The notes: generated from the letters alone by a model not told the origin. A stretch of DNA of 64,000 nt from Oligoflexales bacterium (GCA_045105515.1 JBGCDR010000036.1:1-64000), one strand, 5' to 3'; shown: positions 37,781 to 47,899, counted from the first letter of the stretch. A program made the numbers and translations.

Positions 37781-39655
37781 TTACCCAACTGATGGTTCAA
37801 CAGATCTTTTTTCGATTGCTCGTTTGGCTTGCTTTACCAATGACTGAGCTCGAGCATCCATAGGGTTTGTATTTATTATAGCAGCTAAGCTTTCTATAAC
37901 ATCTTCATATTTGCTAGTTTTATAAAGTACTCCTGCGAGGGTATAAATCATATTCTGATCATGAGGGTGAAGCTTTAAATAGGTGCTAAGCACTACTTCC
38001 AAGTCATCATAAATTTCGCTTTCTCCGGCAATTTTTACTAAGGTATAAATAGCTGCAGTGTTTTCAGGATTGATTTCGAGGGCCTTACATACCCATTTTT
38101 GTGCTTCTTTTAATTCATCTAGGCCGTGGAAAGAAAGTCCGAGGCCAAGATTTGCCATCTCATCATTCGGAGCTAAACTAACAGCCCTTTGAAAATGGAT
38201 CACCCCAATGTCATAATTTGCCTTAGTTAAGCTAATTGTTCCAAGGCCAATATGGGCTTTCGGCGAATATTCATCAAGCTCAATGGCCTGAACATAAGCG
38301 TTTTTTCCCGATTCACGGTCACCTAGCTTGGTGAAACAGTCTCCTATCAGCCGATAAAGATTTGCTTGATGGTGGCTGGGAATTGACTCATTTTGTTCAA
38401 ATATTTTTTCTATTAGGTTAATCCCAGCAATATATTGTTTTGAGCTAATCTTATTTTCCACGAGCTCTACCTGCTCATCGATTGCACTTTGTTTGATTTG
38501 AGGTGGAATCGTCATTAGGTTGTTCAAGGATTCTAGCATCGATTTAGTGACAAAATCTGTGCTATGGCTAGCTATAATCTTTGAAGAGTTTTTGTGAACA
38601 ATATTATGGACAATCTTTTTTGAATAAACCAATTTTTTAATTGAGTTTGCGATGCTATTTGCATTGCCATTACAGTAATCTAATCGGTGTTTACTTAAGA
38701 ACTCTTCTCCTAAGGGTGTTCTTGGAGCAATCACAGGGATACCATGAGCCATTGCAGAAAATATTCGAAAAGGGTCACCATCGATACGATCTCTAGCTGG
38801 GAAGCCACCTATGTAAATAGCATCTGCAGCTTGAACCAGAGTGAGATAGCTATCGCGACTGGGAGCAAGATATAGAATGTCAGCGTCTATGCCCAATTTT
38901 ACTGAACGTTGTTTAACTTCGTTTGCAAAGGAGCCTATTCCACAGATAGCTAGTTTAAGTCGATGCTTCAGAGAGTTATCAGCATCTTTGGATATTTTAA
39001 TTCCATGTAAGAGTTCAAGTAAGCCCTCTTCCCACTCTACTTGTCCATTGAATACAATTAAAATATCACGTTCCGGAAGAGATAAAGCCTTCAATGCCTC
39101 TCTCTTATGTTCTTTATCGCGCATCTCTCTGTGTTGAATCCAGCAAGGCCAGGTATGAATTTTTTCTTCAGATATCCCCTCTGTTATCAGGGTCGTTTTG
39201 GCTGCTTTACTTTGCACAATAAAGCCATCCGCTGCATCCGTAACTTCGTTACGAATGCTTCGTATCCTTTGGACGTCATCAGCTGGGAAAATAGTAAGAT
39301 TATCTATGATAACCAATAAATGAAATCTAAATCGCAATTTTGCTCTTACTGCTTGAAATGCATAGATTCCTAAACGCTCTTTAATAATTACAGTATCAAA
39401 TTTTTCAAGAACTTTTTCTAGTCCAGGTAGAAAAGTTGTATCTTCATCATGATCAGGTAAGGGAATACATTTAAGGTCTTTAAAAAAGCTGTTTTTTAGC
39501 AAAAAACCAATGATAGACTCAGAGCTTATAACTGATATCTCAAAACTATTCTTTAGCAACTGTAGTTGATCTATTTCTTCAGTAGAAGGCAATGTTCCAT
39601 AAACAAAAGCAATATTAGATATCTCAGATTTAGCCTGACTCATAGAATTCTCCAA
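37781..39655 (-). CDS. GT4-like glycosyltransferase fused to TPR repeats
   Basis: VFNGQVEWEEGLLELL, LAICGIG, AMAHGIPVIA, then about six TPRs. Confidence 0.82.
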   Translation of the reverse strand: MENSMSQAKSEISNIAFVYGTLPSTEEIDQLQLLKNSFEISVISSESIIGFLLKNSFFKDLKCIPLPDHDEDTTFLPGLEKVLEKFDTVIIKERLGIYAFQAVRAKLRFRFHLLVIIDNLTIFPADDVQRIRSIRNEVTDAADGFIVQSKAAKTTLITEGISEEKIHTWPCWIQHREMRDKEHKREALKALSLPERDILIVFNGQVEWEEGLLELLHGIKISKDADNSLKHRLKLAICGIGSFANEVKQRSVKLGIDADILYLAPSRDSYLTLVQAADAIYIGGFPARDRIDGDPFRIFSAMAHGIPVIAPRTPLGEEFLSKHRLDYCNGNANSIANSIKKLVYSKKIVHNIVHKNSSKIIASHSTDFVTKSMLESLNNLMTIPPQIKQSAIDEQVELVENKISSKQYIAGINLIEKIFEQNESIPSHHQANLYRLIGDCFTKLGDRESGKNAYVQAIELDEYSPKAHIGLGTISLTKANYDIGVIHFQRAVSLAPNDEMANLGLGLSFHGLDELKEAQKWVCKALEINPENTAAIYTLVKIAGESEIYDDLEVVLSTYLKLHPHDQNMIYTLAGVLYKTSKYEDVIESLAAIINTNPMDARAQSLVKQAKRAIEKRSVEPSVG

Positions 39656-39661
39656 CAGATC

Positions 39662-40036
39662 CTAGATGGATCGGGCGAAAGTGTTTTGGTTTTGAGATTG
39701 AGAACGATATTTAGAAATCCTAGACTTTTCCTTTTTTATTTTTCCAAGTTGATCTGCGTACCTTTTTTTGTACTTTTTCAATAACATACTAATTTGCATT
39801 TCTTGAGATTCGATCTGTTCCCACATCATTCTCGCAGTCTCTGACTTATAGTACTCACCAAGATTTTCATGCGTAAGGCTGTCAGCGGCTCGGTAGTTAA
39901 GAAATGCTGCTTTTCTATTACGCAATTCTATAGAAGCTTTTTCCCAATTATTAAGCTCAAGTTGTTCAATCGCAGCTTTTCCCCGCGCTATGTAAAATTG
40001 TAAAGCAGTTTCTAATTGCTTTAAGAAATTATCCAT
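39662..40036 (-). CDS. FliT/FlgN-like small helical protein
   Basis: All-helical 124 aa; LELNNWE...LRNR...IESQEMQI...Y pattern resembles flagellar export chaperones. Confidence 0.5.
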   Translation of the reverse strand: MDNFLKQLETALQFYIARGKAAIEQLELNNWEKASIELRNRKAAFLNYRAADSLTHENLGEYYKSETARMMWEQIESQEMQISMLLKKYKKRYADQLGKIKKEKSRISKYRSQSQNQNTFARSI

Positions 40037-40231
40037 ATAAAAAAAACCACGAAATGATCGGTTTTCTAAGTTCTTTCTATATTTTAGGAAATACTCAGGT
40101 TGCTGTCAAAGTGCTTAAATTCAGAATATTCCATAAAACTCTGAAAGTATGAACATTAATTGAACTGAGTCATGTTGATTTGACATTATAAAAGGAAGCA
40201 TTTACCTAGGTAATAAATGTAGAATGATTAT

Positions 40232-41161
40232 CTAAAGAAACGTGACCTTTGGCTGAGGTGTGAGAGGACCTTGTACCTTGATATTTACTTTCCCCTTTGT
40301 TTCTCTTTGAGCTAATGCATCAAAAATAATTCCAAACTGTTCTTGTAGGGGCGCAGCTAACTCGATATTCAGACTAAAATCAATGGTCGAGCGCATAAGT
40401 TGTGGTTTTTGAGTTACTTTCCCAGATATGTCAACCATAAGATCTTGGGAAGTAAAGCCTGACTTTTTTGAAATTGTGAAGACACCGTTTTTCAGTTTGG
40501 AATCGATAAGAGCTTTGGTGAATACTTGATCTGGGATTGGAAGGTTTGGATTTAAGCTTTTTAGGACAGTGTTTTGTAGTTCTACCACAGCAGTTCCTTC
40601 AGAGCTTTTAAGATCGCCTGAGTCGATACTTAGATCAATATCTGCATCTAACTGTCCATCCACGTCGACACTCTCAAGCCATGGTTTTAGCATTAGATTT
40701 ACTCCAGGTGCCTGAGCTTGCCTATTCAAGGCAAAATCCACCAACTGGCCGAAGAGAAACTTTCTCGATTCCATATATATGTTTGAAGGCATATAGATAC
40801 CCTTGATTATATCCAGAATACTGAGCGCTACCTCACAATCTAAATGCCCATTCTTGGAATCCTCCAATGATAAGTCCACTCTTGCTTTGCCGAGGAAAAA
40901 AGAAAGGAAGCTTAAGCTGACCACTGCAGACTTGAACCTGAGTTGATAGTCTGTGCTAGCTACCTTAATCTCCTTTCCCTTAAACCCTAATGGGAAACTT
41001 GGGCCTAGCTCGCCAATCTCAAGCGAAAGTCCTGTCGCTTCGGAGGCCTTTAAGATTGCTGTCTCTTTTAAAACCTCATAGGGGAATGTTAGATAAAGGA
41101 AAAAAATAAAACTACTTATGGCTAAAACTATATAGGCTATCAATTTGCCAAAATTTTTCAT
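40232..41161 (-). CDS. gspN: Type II secretion protein GspN
   Basis: N-terminal TM, FLYLTFPYEVLK motif, beta-rich body, last gene of the gsp operon. Confidence 0.85.
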   Translation of the reverse strand: MKNFGKLIAYIVLAISSFIFFLYLTFPYEVLKETAILKASEATGLSLEIGELGPSFPLGFKGKEIKVASTDYQLRFKSAVVSLSFLSFFLGKARVDLSLEDSKNGHLDCEVALSILDIIKGIYMPSNIYMESRKFLFGQLVDFALNRQAQAPGVNLMLKPWLESVDVDGQLDADIDLSIDSGDLKSSEGTAVVELQNTVLKSLNPNLPIPDQVFTKALIDSKLKNGVFTISKKSGFTSQDLMVDISGKVTQKPQLMRSTIDFSLNIELAAPLQEQFGIIFDALAQRETKGKVNIKVQGPLTPQPKVTFL

Positions 41162-41173
41162 ATCCTACCTTTT

Positions 41174-41818
41174 TTAACGTGTCACCTTATAGCCTCGGAC
41201 TAGTACATCTACATCAAAGTAAAGTTTATTACCGTAAATCCCTGTGATCTTCAAATTTTGCACACGCAAATAGTGGTTGGCCTTTTCAATATCTACCAAA
41301 AAGTTTAACAAGCGAGGGATGGAGACCTTAGCTAGCTTTAAATCTACATGTACTTCTTGCATTCTTGCTGACAGCGGGTTTTGTGGATCCATTTCAGGTT
41401 GTCGATCAGAAATGCTTTTCAATGGAATTTTTGACTGGCGAGAAAGTCGTTCAAAGAAAGGTTTAAAAGTGATGCTTCTTGTCCGGCTTTTAACTTTGTC
41501 GATAAGTTTATCAAATCTAGCACCTTCCCTAGCATCCTCATATGATAGGCTCTTCAATTCATTTAGCGCATTGAAAGTTAGGTTTAGTTCATCTTTTAGC
41601 GCTTTTACCTGGTAAAAGTAAATAAAAACAGCAGCAAGAATAAAGGTTGATATAAAACCAACTATGATTGCTAAGAGGCCATTGCGATAGCCAGGATCAA
41701 GCTTGTAGAAACTATCCATTACAAATTCTAGACGCTCATTGTTTACGCCCAGAATTTTTTCTTTGATTATTTTAAGATAGGAGTCTAACCTTTCTTTTAT
41801 ATCTGTAATAGCACTCAT
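41174..41818 (-). CDS. gspM: Type II secretion protein GspM
   Basis: Single TM, coiled coil, ferredoxin-like LLNFLVDIE..LRVQNLKI; position after GspL. Confidence 0.75.
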   Translation of the reverse strand: MSAITDIKERLDSYLKIIKEKILGVNNERLEFVMDSFYKLDPGYRNGLLAIIVGFISTFILAAVFIYFYQVKALKDELNLTFNALNELKSLSYEDAREGARFDKLIDKVKSRTRSITFKPFFERLSRQSKIPLKSISDRQPEMDPQNPLSARMQEVHVDLKLAKVSIPRLLNFLVDIEKANHYLRVQNLKITGIYGNKLYFDVDVLVRGYKVTR

Positions 41819-41826
41819 GAAAAAAC

Positions 41827-43491
41827 CTACAAGGATTCTCTGGATAGTCCAGGGTTATAGTCTGCCTCAACCACAGCAACAATGATTTCTGTTCCTGGTT
41901 TTGAATCAGACGATTTTTCGTTTATCTCAGCAAGACTAGAAATTGATTTTAAGGACTGCTCAAATTTCGCAATAGTATCATAAGAATCAGCTTCGACTCT
42001 AATACGGATTTTTCCAGTTCCATCAGCTTTAGTTTCGAAACGATATTCTACCATGTTGACTTGAACATCTTTTGGAACGGCTTTGCTGAGATCTTGTAAG
42101 GCTACTAAGGCTCCACTATCAGAGTTTAAATCAACAAACCCTTCAGTTGCAGCTTTTTTGCGGGCGATCCTATCACGCAACTCTGTACTAGCATCTCGGC
42201 GGATAATACTGAAATCATAGCGACCAGAACGGAATTTTTTCTTGAGATCAGGAACAGAAGAGAAAAGTTCTTTTTTGTAAACGGATTGCAGTTCTTTAAT
42301 TTGCTTACTGTAAGAGAAATACTTGATAGCATAACTAAAAGATAATAATAATAATGCTACAGCCACAATTTTAAAAACTGCTCCAGCTGCTTTAAAAACG
42401 GATTCGTAATCCTGTATATATGCAAAGGGACCTTTTCTCAAATTTATTTGTGAGTGTCTCTTTACTGATGTTACAGCTCTGATTCCAATGGAAATACTCT
42501 GTGACATAGAAGGCATTTGATCAGCAAGCTGTTCATTGATTTTAAGACTGGATTGCTCGAGTCGGTTATGGACGGTTTCGACCTCTAAATTTGTAGTTAA
42601 ATAATTGTCGAAATTCTTGATTACCGAAGATCCGCCCGATAAATAAATACGTTCTATGGGCGATTTTTCCCAAGTCTTGAAAGCGTAAAGCGTCCTTCCT
42701 AGCTCTTTGACTATGGCATTACTAGCGATAGTAATCCTATCTGCAACTGTTTGGTCTTCTGCTGACATTTCACTACCTGCATCCTGCTCGGTTAGCATTC
42801 TGCTTACTCTATGTTTTACTCGTTGAGCCTCATTGAAGCTTACCTCGAGATCACGAGCCAGGAACTCAGTGATGTAGCGACCACCTAAATTTATTGACCT
42901 AAACATCCTCAGAACACCGTCTTGGACAAGGCAAACGGAGGTTTTTTCATGCCCTACATCTACTAAACCATAGCACTTACCTACTTCCATTTCTAAATAG
43001 GGGCATAGGTTATAAAACGCTAGACTGTCCACATCGACAACTTTTGGATCTATATCAATACGATGCAAATGTTCAAGGAAACTAGCAAGAAATGCTTTCT
43101 TGGTCATGACCACCAATGCCACTGTTTTTTGGCTCATTTGTCCAAGAATTTGGTGATCAACGATCATTTCATCAAGGTTGAAAGGGACGGCATCCTCTAT
43201 TTCTGCAAATACTGCAGCTTCGATCTTATGAGGATCCGAGAAGTTAAAAGGCAATATTCTGCTTGAAATATACTGTCCCGGCATAGCAGTTACAATCCGG
43301 TCAGCTTTTAGCTCGTTCTCCTGAAACAATTGTTCCATACAAGCAGGGAGCATTACATCCGGTGATAGTTCGTCAACTTGAGGAATGACGTTTTCATAGA
43401 AATTTGAAATTTCATAAGATTTGTACTTATTGACTATTTCTACGGCCTTAATAGAGTAGCTACCAATATCGAGGCCGATAATCTTCTGCAT
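41827..43491 (-). CDS. gspL: Type II secretion protein GspL (PilM-like actin fold, TM, periplasmic PilN-like domain)
   Basis: IGLDIGSYSIKAVE, VDVGHEKT, IYLSGGSS, INLRKG then TM. Confidence 0.88.
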   Translation of the reverse strand: MQKIIGLDIGSYSIKAVEIVNKYKSYEISNFYENVIPQVDELSPDVMLPACMEQLFQENELKADRIVTAMPGQYISSRILPFNFSDPHKIEAAVFAEIEDAVPFNLDEMIVDHQILGQMSQKTVALVVMTKKAFLASFLEHLHRIDIDPKVVDVDSLAFYNLCPYLEMEVGKCYGLVDVGHEKTSVCLVQDGVLRMFRSINLGGRYITEFLARDLEVSFNEAQRVKHRVSRMLTEQDAGSEMSAEDQTVADRITIASNAIVKELGRTLYAFKTWEKSPIERIYLSGGSSVIKNFDNYLTTNLEVETVHNRLEQSSLKINEQLADQMPSMSQSISIGIRAVTSVKRHSQINLRKGPFAYIQDYESVFKAAGAVFKIVAVALLLLSFSYAIKYFSYSKQIKELQSVYKKELFSSVPDLKKKFRSGRYDFSIIRRDASTELRDRIARKKAATEGFVDLNSDSGALVALQDLSKAVPKDVQVNMVEYRFETKADGTGKIRIRVEADSYDTIAKFEQSLKSISSLAEINEKSSDSKPGTEIIVAVVEADYNPGLSRESL

Positions 43492-43593
43492 ACGTTTTCC
43501 TTACTTAAAGTCAGCACTTAAGAGCTAATTCTATGAGTTCTTAATTTTTTTTTCAGTTTCACCTTAAGTGTCAAAAGGGCAGTAAACCAAAAA

Positions 43594-44949
43594 CTATGTA
43601 ATTTTCCAATAAAGAATTTGGTAGGAACGTTTTACTTCTCGTTTCTCTACGTCTGCCCCTTTTACTCCATTATCTATACGCCTAATGATAGCAGAAATTT
43701 TCTTTCGTTGATGCCCGGTCAAAGCATCGACAGTAATGTTGAACACGTCTGACCTCACTTCAAACCATTCTTCTTTTTTGATACTGTGTCCCTCGTCATC
43801 TCCGCTATAACAGTATAAATCTTCGATCTTTGCTTTAATTTCCTTGTTGCTAGATGCTAAATTGCCACCTTCTCCATTGAATTTGTGTATTTTCTGAACA
43901 GATTTTTCTCTACAAACTTCGTCCCTTGATTGTGGTATCAAGCAGGCAATAAGTTCCGAGGAGGCCGTGTTAATATTAATTCCTGCAACTGAAACTTTTT
44001 TACCCCCTTGTAGGTTCTTTTTTGGTTTGAAGGGGTAGATGGTCAAATAGGGAGCAAAAACAGCATGAATTTGATCGTCCCAGCCTTTAACCATGTTTAA
44101 CTCACTAATTGAATCAAATGGAAGTCTCTTCGCCTTATAGGGTGGGTTTAGTTCTTGATAAGGGTCATCTTTTGAGCCCAAATTGCTATCCTCTGATACC
44201 TGTTCATCGCTCGAAATGTAATCCCGGATACGGAAGGCAAGCTCTCTAGGCGAAAGGTTTTTACTTTCCAAAAACTGCTTTTCGGCAGGGCATGCAAAAA
44301 GTGCCTCCAACTGAGCGATGACTGCAGGGCAAGCTCGGGCAGCATCAGCTGAGCCAACGCAATCACTAATATTGATTTTGCTGCTTTCATCAGAAATTTT
44401 TACCGAAAACTGATCTTCAAATAGCTTCATTTGAGCTGCAACTTTTTCATTAAGGATGCCCTTCAGTCCGAAGGGATCTTCGTCACTTTCGGAGTTTAGT
44501 AGAGGTTGCACGAAATTTAGGACCTCTGCTCCTAAGGGAGGCCACTGATTGAAAATAGTCCATAAGCTAGCAGGACCATCGGTTGGTTCTTGTTTTACTC
44601 CTAAGGCACCACTTGCTTGCACATGGTCCCAAAGGTAGCTTGCAGAAAGTAAATATAATCCCAAATTTATTCCTGACTTTCCCAAGTACTCTGTCTTTAT
44701 ACGATCACGGGTCATGATGGCTAATTCCACATTAACCGTTGATGAAACTATCATCTCGCTAACAAAAGTAATCATCACAGCAATACTCATAATGGCAATG
44801 AGCAAAGAAATTCCTCTTTGCTTAGCCTCTTTATCTTGGTATCCCGTATTATTACTTGAACCGCATCTCAGATCTTTTGGAGTATGGAGCTTATAAACCA
44901 GCTCAGAAAGCCAATTTATCATATGCTTAAACTGCTCTAGTACCTTCAT
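43594..44949 (-). CDS. gspK: Minor pseudopilin GspK
   Basis: QRG/ISLLIAI, ISDESSKINI, PFDSISELNMVKG, ININTAS. Confidence 0.9.
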   Translation of the reverse strand: MKVLEQFKHMINWLSELVYKLHTPKDLRCGSSNNTGYQDKEAKQRGISLLIAIMSIAVMITFVSEMIVSSTVNVELAIMTRDRIKTEYLGKSGINLGLYLLSASYLWDHVQASGALGVKQEPTDGPASLWTIFNQWPPLGAEVLNFVQPLLNSESDEDPFGLKGILNEKVAAQMKLFEDQFSVKISDESSKINISDCVGSADAARACPAVIAQLEALFACPAEKQFLESKNLSPRELAFRIRDYISSDEQVSEDSNLGSKDDPYQELNPPYKAKRLPFDSISELNMVKGWDDQIHAVFAPYLTIYPFKPKKNLQGGKKVSVAGININTASSELIACLIPQSRDEVCREKSVQKIHKFNGEGGNLASSNKEIKAKIEDLYCYSGDDEGHSIKKEEWFEVRSDVFNITVDALTGHQRKKISAIIRRIDNGVKGADVEKREVKRSYQILYWKIT

Positions 44950-44958
44950 GACAGGGCC

Positions 44959-45717
44959 TTATAATTTCCAGTTAAATGAGCTGTTTCTAGTCTTTAGTTC
45001 GTTAAAATCGAGAGCATAAGGTAAATGAATTATGGTGCTATAGCGGACCAAGTCTTCTTCTGTCTCGTCGGGTTCAATCCCTTCAATGGGTTCCTCAACC
45101 CACGCTGTTATCTTAATTAAAACCATGTGGGGAAGAATTTTTTCTGTATCACCTCGCCCAGAGTCCCAACCATTTTTCGACCAATCATCACCATTCCAGG
45201 GTAAGATTTCTAAGCTTTCAATATTTTTTACAAAAACGCGCATTGGGGGGTCTTCGCGAAAGCGAAAGTCTTTTTCGGGAACTCTCAGCAGTTCGCCTCG
45301 ATAGAGGTCTTTCCTATGAGGAAACTTGGAAGAAGATCTTAGTTCATAAACCACATAGCTCATGTCTGACTCTGGGCTATTTGCCTTGATAGCTTCATGA
45401 CCCATGTAAGTCATGGCGAGGCGATCTCCCTTTGAGCTTTTTTTGATAGAAAAATGGGTACGGCTGACACCGTCTGTACGGTGAACTTGCCATCTGGGGT
45501 GGAGAAGAAAAGCATGTCCTAGATCATAGCCTATTTTCTGCATGGCGCGGTTTGCTCGGTTTGTAACCTTATTTTTTTGAGAGAGAGCTAATTTCACATC
45601 GAAAGTGTTACGCATTAGGTTTGAAATAGCAAAAATTACCGTCACTAGGATTGCTAGTGTTATCACGACCTCAAGAAGGCTAAATGCTTGTTCTTTTTTT
45701 TTAAAGCTTGAGCTCAT
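44959..45717 (-). CDS. gspJ: Minor pseudopilin GspJ
   Basis: Prepilin-like QA/FSLLEVVITLAIL; LPHMVLIKI near the C terminus; position between I and K. Confidence 0.85.
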   Translation of the reverse strand: MSSSFKKKEQAFSLLEVVITLAILVTVIFAISNLMRNTFDVKLALSQKNKVTNRANRAMQKIGYDLGHAFLLHPRWQVHRTDGVSRTHFSIKKSSKGDRLAMTYMGHEAIKANSPESDMSYVVYELRSSSKFPHRKDLYRGELLRVPEKDFRFREDPPMRVFVKNIESLEILPWNGDDWSKNGWDSGRGDTEKILPHMVLIKITAWVEEPIEGIEPDETEEDLVRYSTIIHLPYALDFNELKTRNSSFNWKL

Positions 45718-45759
45718 AAAGATCCAGTTACCAATATAATAGATTCAAAGTTGTTTTCG

Positions 45760-46497
45760 TTATGGTCTCGGTGGAGTAGTATTCCCAGGAGTATTCCCGG
45801 GAGTATTCCCAGGAGTATTCCCAGGAGTATTCCCGGGAGTATTCCCAGGAGTATTCCCAGGAGTATTCCCAGGAGGTTTTGCTTCCGGCTCCGTTGCCAA
45901 TGGTTTTTGAATAAAAATCTGTTCATCCAATTGTTTTTGGTTTGCTATCAGGTAGGCAAGTTCGACACTATTGCGCCTACTACCTTCTGACCAGTGAACT
46001 TCCACGTATGCAACCTTTAATAGTTCTTCTCCGAGAAAATTCTTAATTGCTGATTCAATGGTGGAGCCAAGCCCACTTTCATCTCCGCCATCTTCACTCC
46101 CCCCGCCAATTTGTCCAGCTATGAGACTGACGAGAGGAAGCGGAAATTCTTCAATTTTCAGGTCATATTTAAAGGGACATTCACCGTATTTTGGGTCTTT
46201 GGGGCATAATTCTTCACTAAATTCGATTTCTTTTTTATCAAATTTGATATCCTTGAAATCATAATAAGATGAATACCACTCAACCTTGGACATAACAGCT
46301 TGAGCTAGCCAGCTTGCCTGGGACGAATATCGATTATACTCGCCAAAATTAATGCTTTTACCCTGTATAGAGCTGACCTCTAAGATTACAGTCACCATCA
46401 GACCCAAGGCAATAACGGTCTCAAGCAGGGTAAAACTTGCTTCCTGTCCGCGCTTAATTCTCTTTTCCAACTCATCTGACTTTTTAGAATGCATCAT
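45760..46497 (-). CDS. gspI: Minor pseudopilin GspI with a (PGNT)8 C-terminal tail
   Basis: AS/FTLLETVIALGL, ASWLAQAVM, VEVHWSEG; start placed at ATG 46497 overlapping the gspH stop. Confidence 0.78.
   Translation of the reverse strand: MMHSKKSDELEKRIKRGQEASFTLLETVIALGLMVTVILEVSSIQGKSINFGEYNRYSSQASWLAQAVMSKVEWYSSYYDFKDIKFDKKEIEFSEELCPKDPKYGECPFKYDLKIEEFPLPLVSLIAGQIGGGSEDGGDESGLGSTIESAIKNFLGEELLKVAYVEVHWSEGSRRNSVELAYLIANQKQLDEQIFIQKPLATEPEAKPPGNTPGNTPGNTPGNTPGNTPGNTPGNTPGNTTPPRP
45779..45874. repeat. Tandem repeat, 8 x 12 bp (GTATTCCCRGGA)
   Basis: Eight contiguous units with variant order A,G,A,A,G,A,A,A; encodes PGNT x8 on the minus strand. Confidence 0.98.
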
Positions 46498-47305
46498 CTT
46501 TTTCACTAAAAATATCGATCTCTTCGAAGCCAACCCTGACCTCGGCATAACCATCGTATGGGTGAACTAGGATGGTGTATGGGGTTTGATCCGGGTCCAC
46601 CTCGCCCTTGTCCTTTTGATAGAATACATGGAGAACTGTTTTTTCTACGAATCCCTGCGGAAGAAAATAAATCATGCCTACTACCCCTGGTCCATCTTCA
46701 ACATTCACTGGCTGCTGATGGTGGGTGGTCTGCAAGTCTCTAACCATTAGGAATGGCCCAATTCTACGGCCGGACCATTCCAGGCTATCCAATTTTTGCC
46801 AAATTGGTCCTTTTAGTACATCTTTTGCCTTAATGACTGGAGAGACGACCACAATCTCTTCTTCGTCATCAGACTCAGGGTTTGGAACCGCTTCTCCTAC
46901 TATGTCCTCATAGCGCTGGAAGTCTTCGTCAAAAAAAGCTAGGCGTTGTTGCTCGTCTTCAGGTAAAGGATCAGAGCTAATGGCCTCATTGCCAAGCTTG
47001 ACTTTCTGCACTGCTGAGTTGTCACTGATAGTTTCTATCCAGTATTCACCATCATAGAGTTTGAAAACCAACCTAAGGGGCTTGCCCGTTAGAATGGAAT
47101 AGTCATAAGCTGAACGAATATCCTCAGCAAACTGCCCAAGTTTACTTGCTACTTCGTTGCCAGTCTTGAGGTTGAAATTTGGGATAGCAACTGCATAGAC
47201 AAATGCAACCAAGCCGATCACGATTATGACCTCGAGGAGGGTAAAGCCCTTTGCTTTATTTCTAGGGAGTTCAAGCGGGTTCATCTCTTTCTCCGGATGA
47301 AGCAA
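46484..47305 (-). CDS. gspH: Minor pseudopilin GspH
   Basis: KAKG/FTLLEVIIVIGL; IYFLPQG motif. Confidence 0.85.
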   Translation of the reverse strand: MLHPEKEMNPLELPRNKAKGFTLLEVIIVIGLVAFVYAVAIPNFNLKTGNEVASKLGQFAEDIRSAYDYSILTGKPLRLVFKLYDGEYWIETISDNSAVQKVKLGNEAISSDPLPEDEQQRLAFFDEDFQRYEDIVGEAVPNPESDDEEEIVVVSPVIKAKDVLKGPIWQKLDSLEWSGRRIGPFLMVRDLQTTHHQQPVNVEDGPGVVGMIYFLPQGFVEKTVLHVFYQKDKGEVDPDQTPYTILVHPYDGYAEVRVGFEEIDIFSEKDDAF

Positions 47306-47395
47306 GGCCCTATCAACTGCTTATATACCATCGTATGCTAGGATGAGGACTTAACAGATCGGCTCAAGCTAACTCCAATAAAGGGTGTAAGTAAG

Positions 47396-47899
47396 CTACG
47401 TTTGTTCCTCAGTTTCCCTTTCCGGGTAGTGGATATCCATTTCTGTACCAAAGTTGCTGTCTGCTCCAGCTGAGATGATCTCATATTTTCGTCCATCAGA
47501 GGTATAGTCATAAGCGTTCCCCCAGGGATCTTTTAATTTTTCTTTTTCAATATAAGGGCCACGCCATCTTTTACTTTCACCTGGATCGCTGATGAGTGAG
47601 TCGAGGCCTTGGGCGGTGGTTGGGTATTTATTATTGTGTACCCTGTAGAGCTGAAGCGCTTGAGCAATTCCACCCATGGCTATGCGTGCTTGGTCTTCTT
47701 TCGCTTTCTCAGAAGTATCTGAGAGATTGGTCACAAGAATGGTCATAAGAGTCCCTAAGAGCGCGATCACAATAATGATCTCAATTAGGGTCATTCCTTT
47801 TTGACTGTTCTCTTCTGCACCTTGTGGCCCTATAGCTAGGTGCTTTGCTTTTCTCCAGTAACTTACAAAGATTGACATGTAATTCTCCACTTTCCCCAA
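47396..47899 (-). CDS. gspG: Major pseudopilin GspG
   Basis: QKG/MTLIEIIIV, YPTTAQGLDSL, WRGPY, KDPWGNAY, ISAGAD. Confidence 0.95.
   Translation of the reverse strand: MGKVENYMSIFVSYWRKAKHLAIGPQGAEENSQKGMTLIEIIIVIALLGTLMTILVTNLSDTSEKAKEDQARIAMGGIAQALQLYRVHNNKYPTTAQGLDSLISDPGESKRWRGPYIEKEKLKDPWGNAYDYTSDGRKYEIISAGADSNFGTEMDIHYPERETEEQT

Noticed and set aside
45779..45874. Tandem repeat considered as a CRISPR array
   Set aside because: Units are contiguous 12-mers with no spacers, lie in frame within gspI, and no cas genes are present
45714..45990. ORFs 45714..45926 (-) and 45751..45990 (+) with GILL/SIPR repeats
   Set aside because: Alternative-frame readings of the stop-free 12-bp repeat
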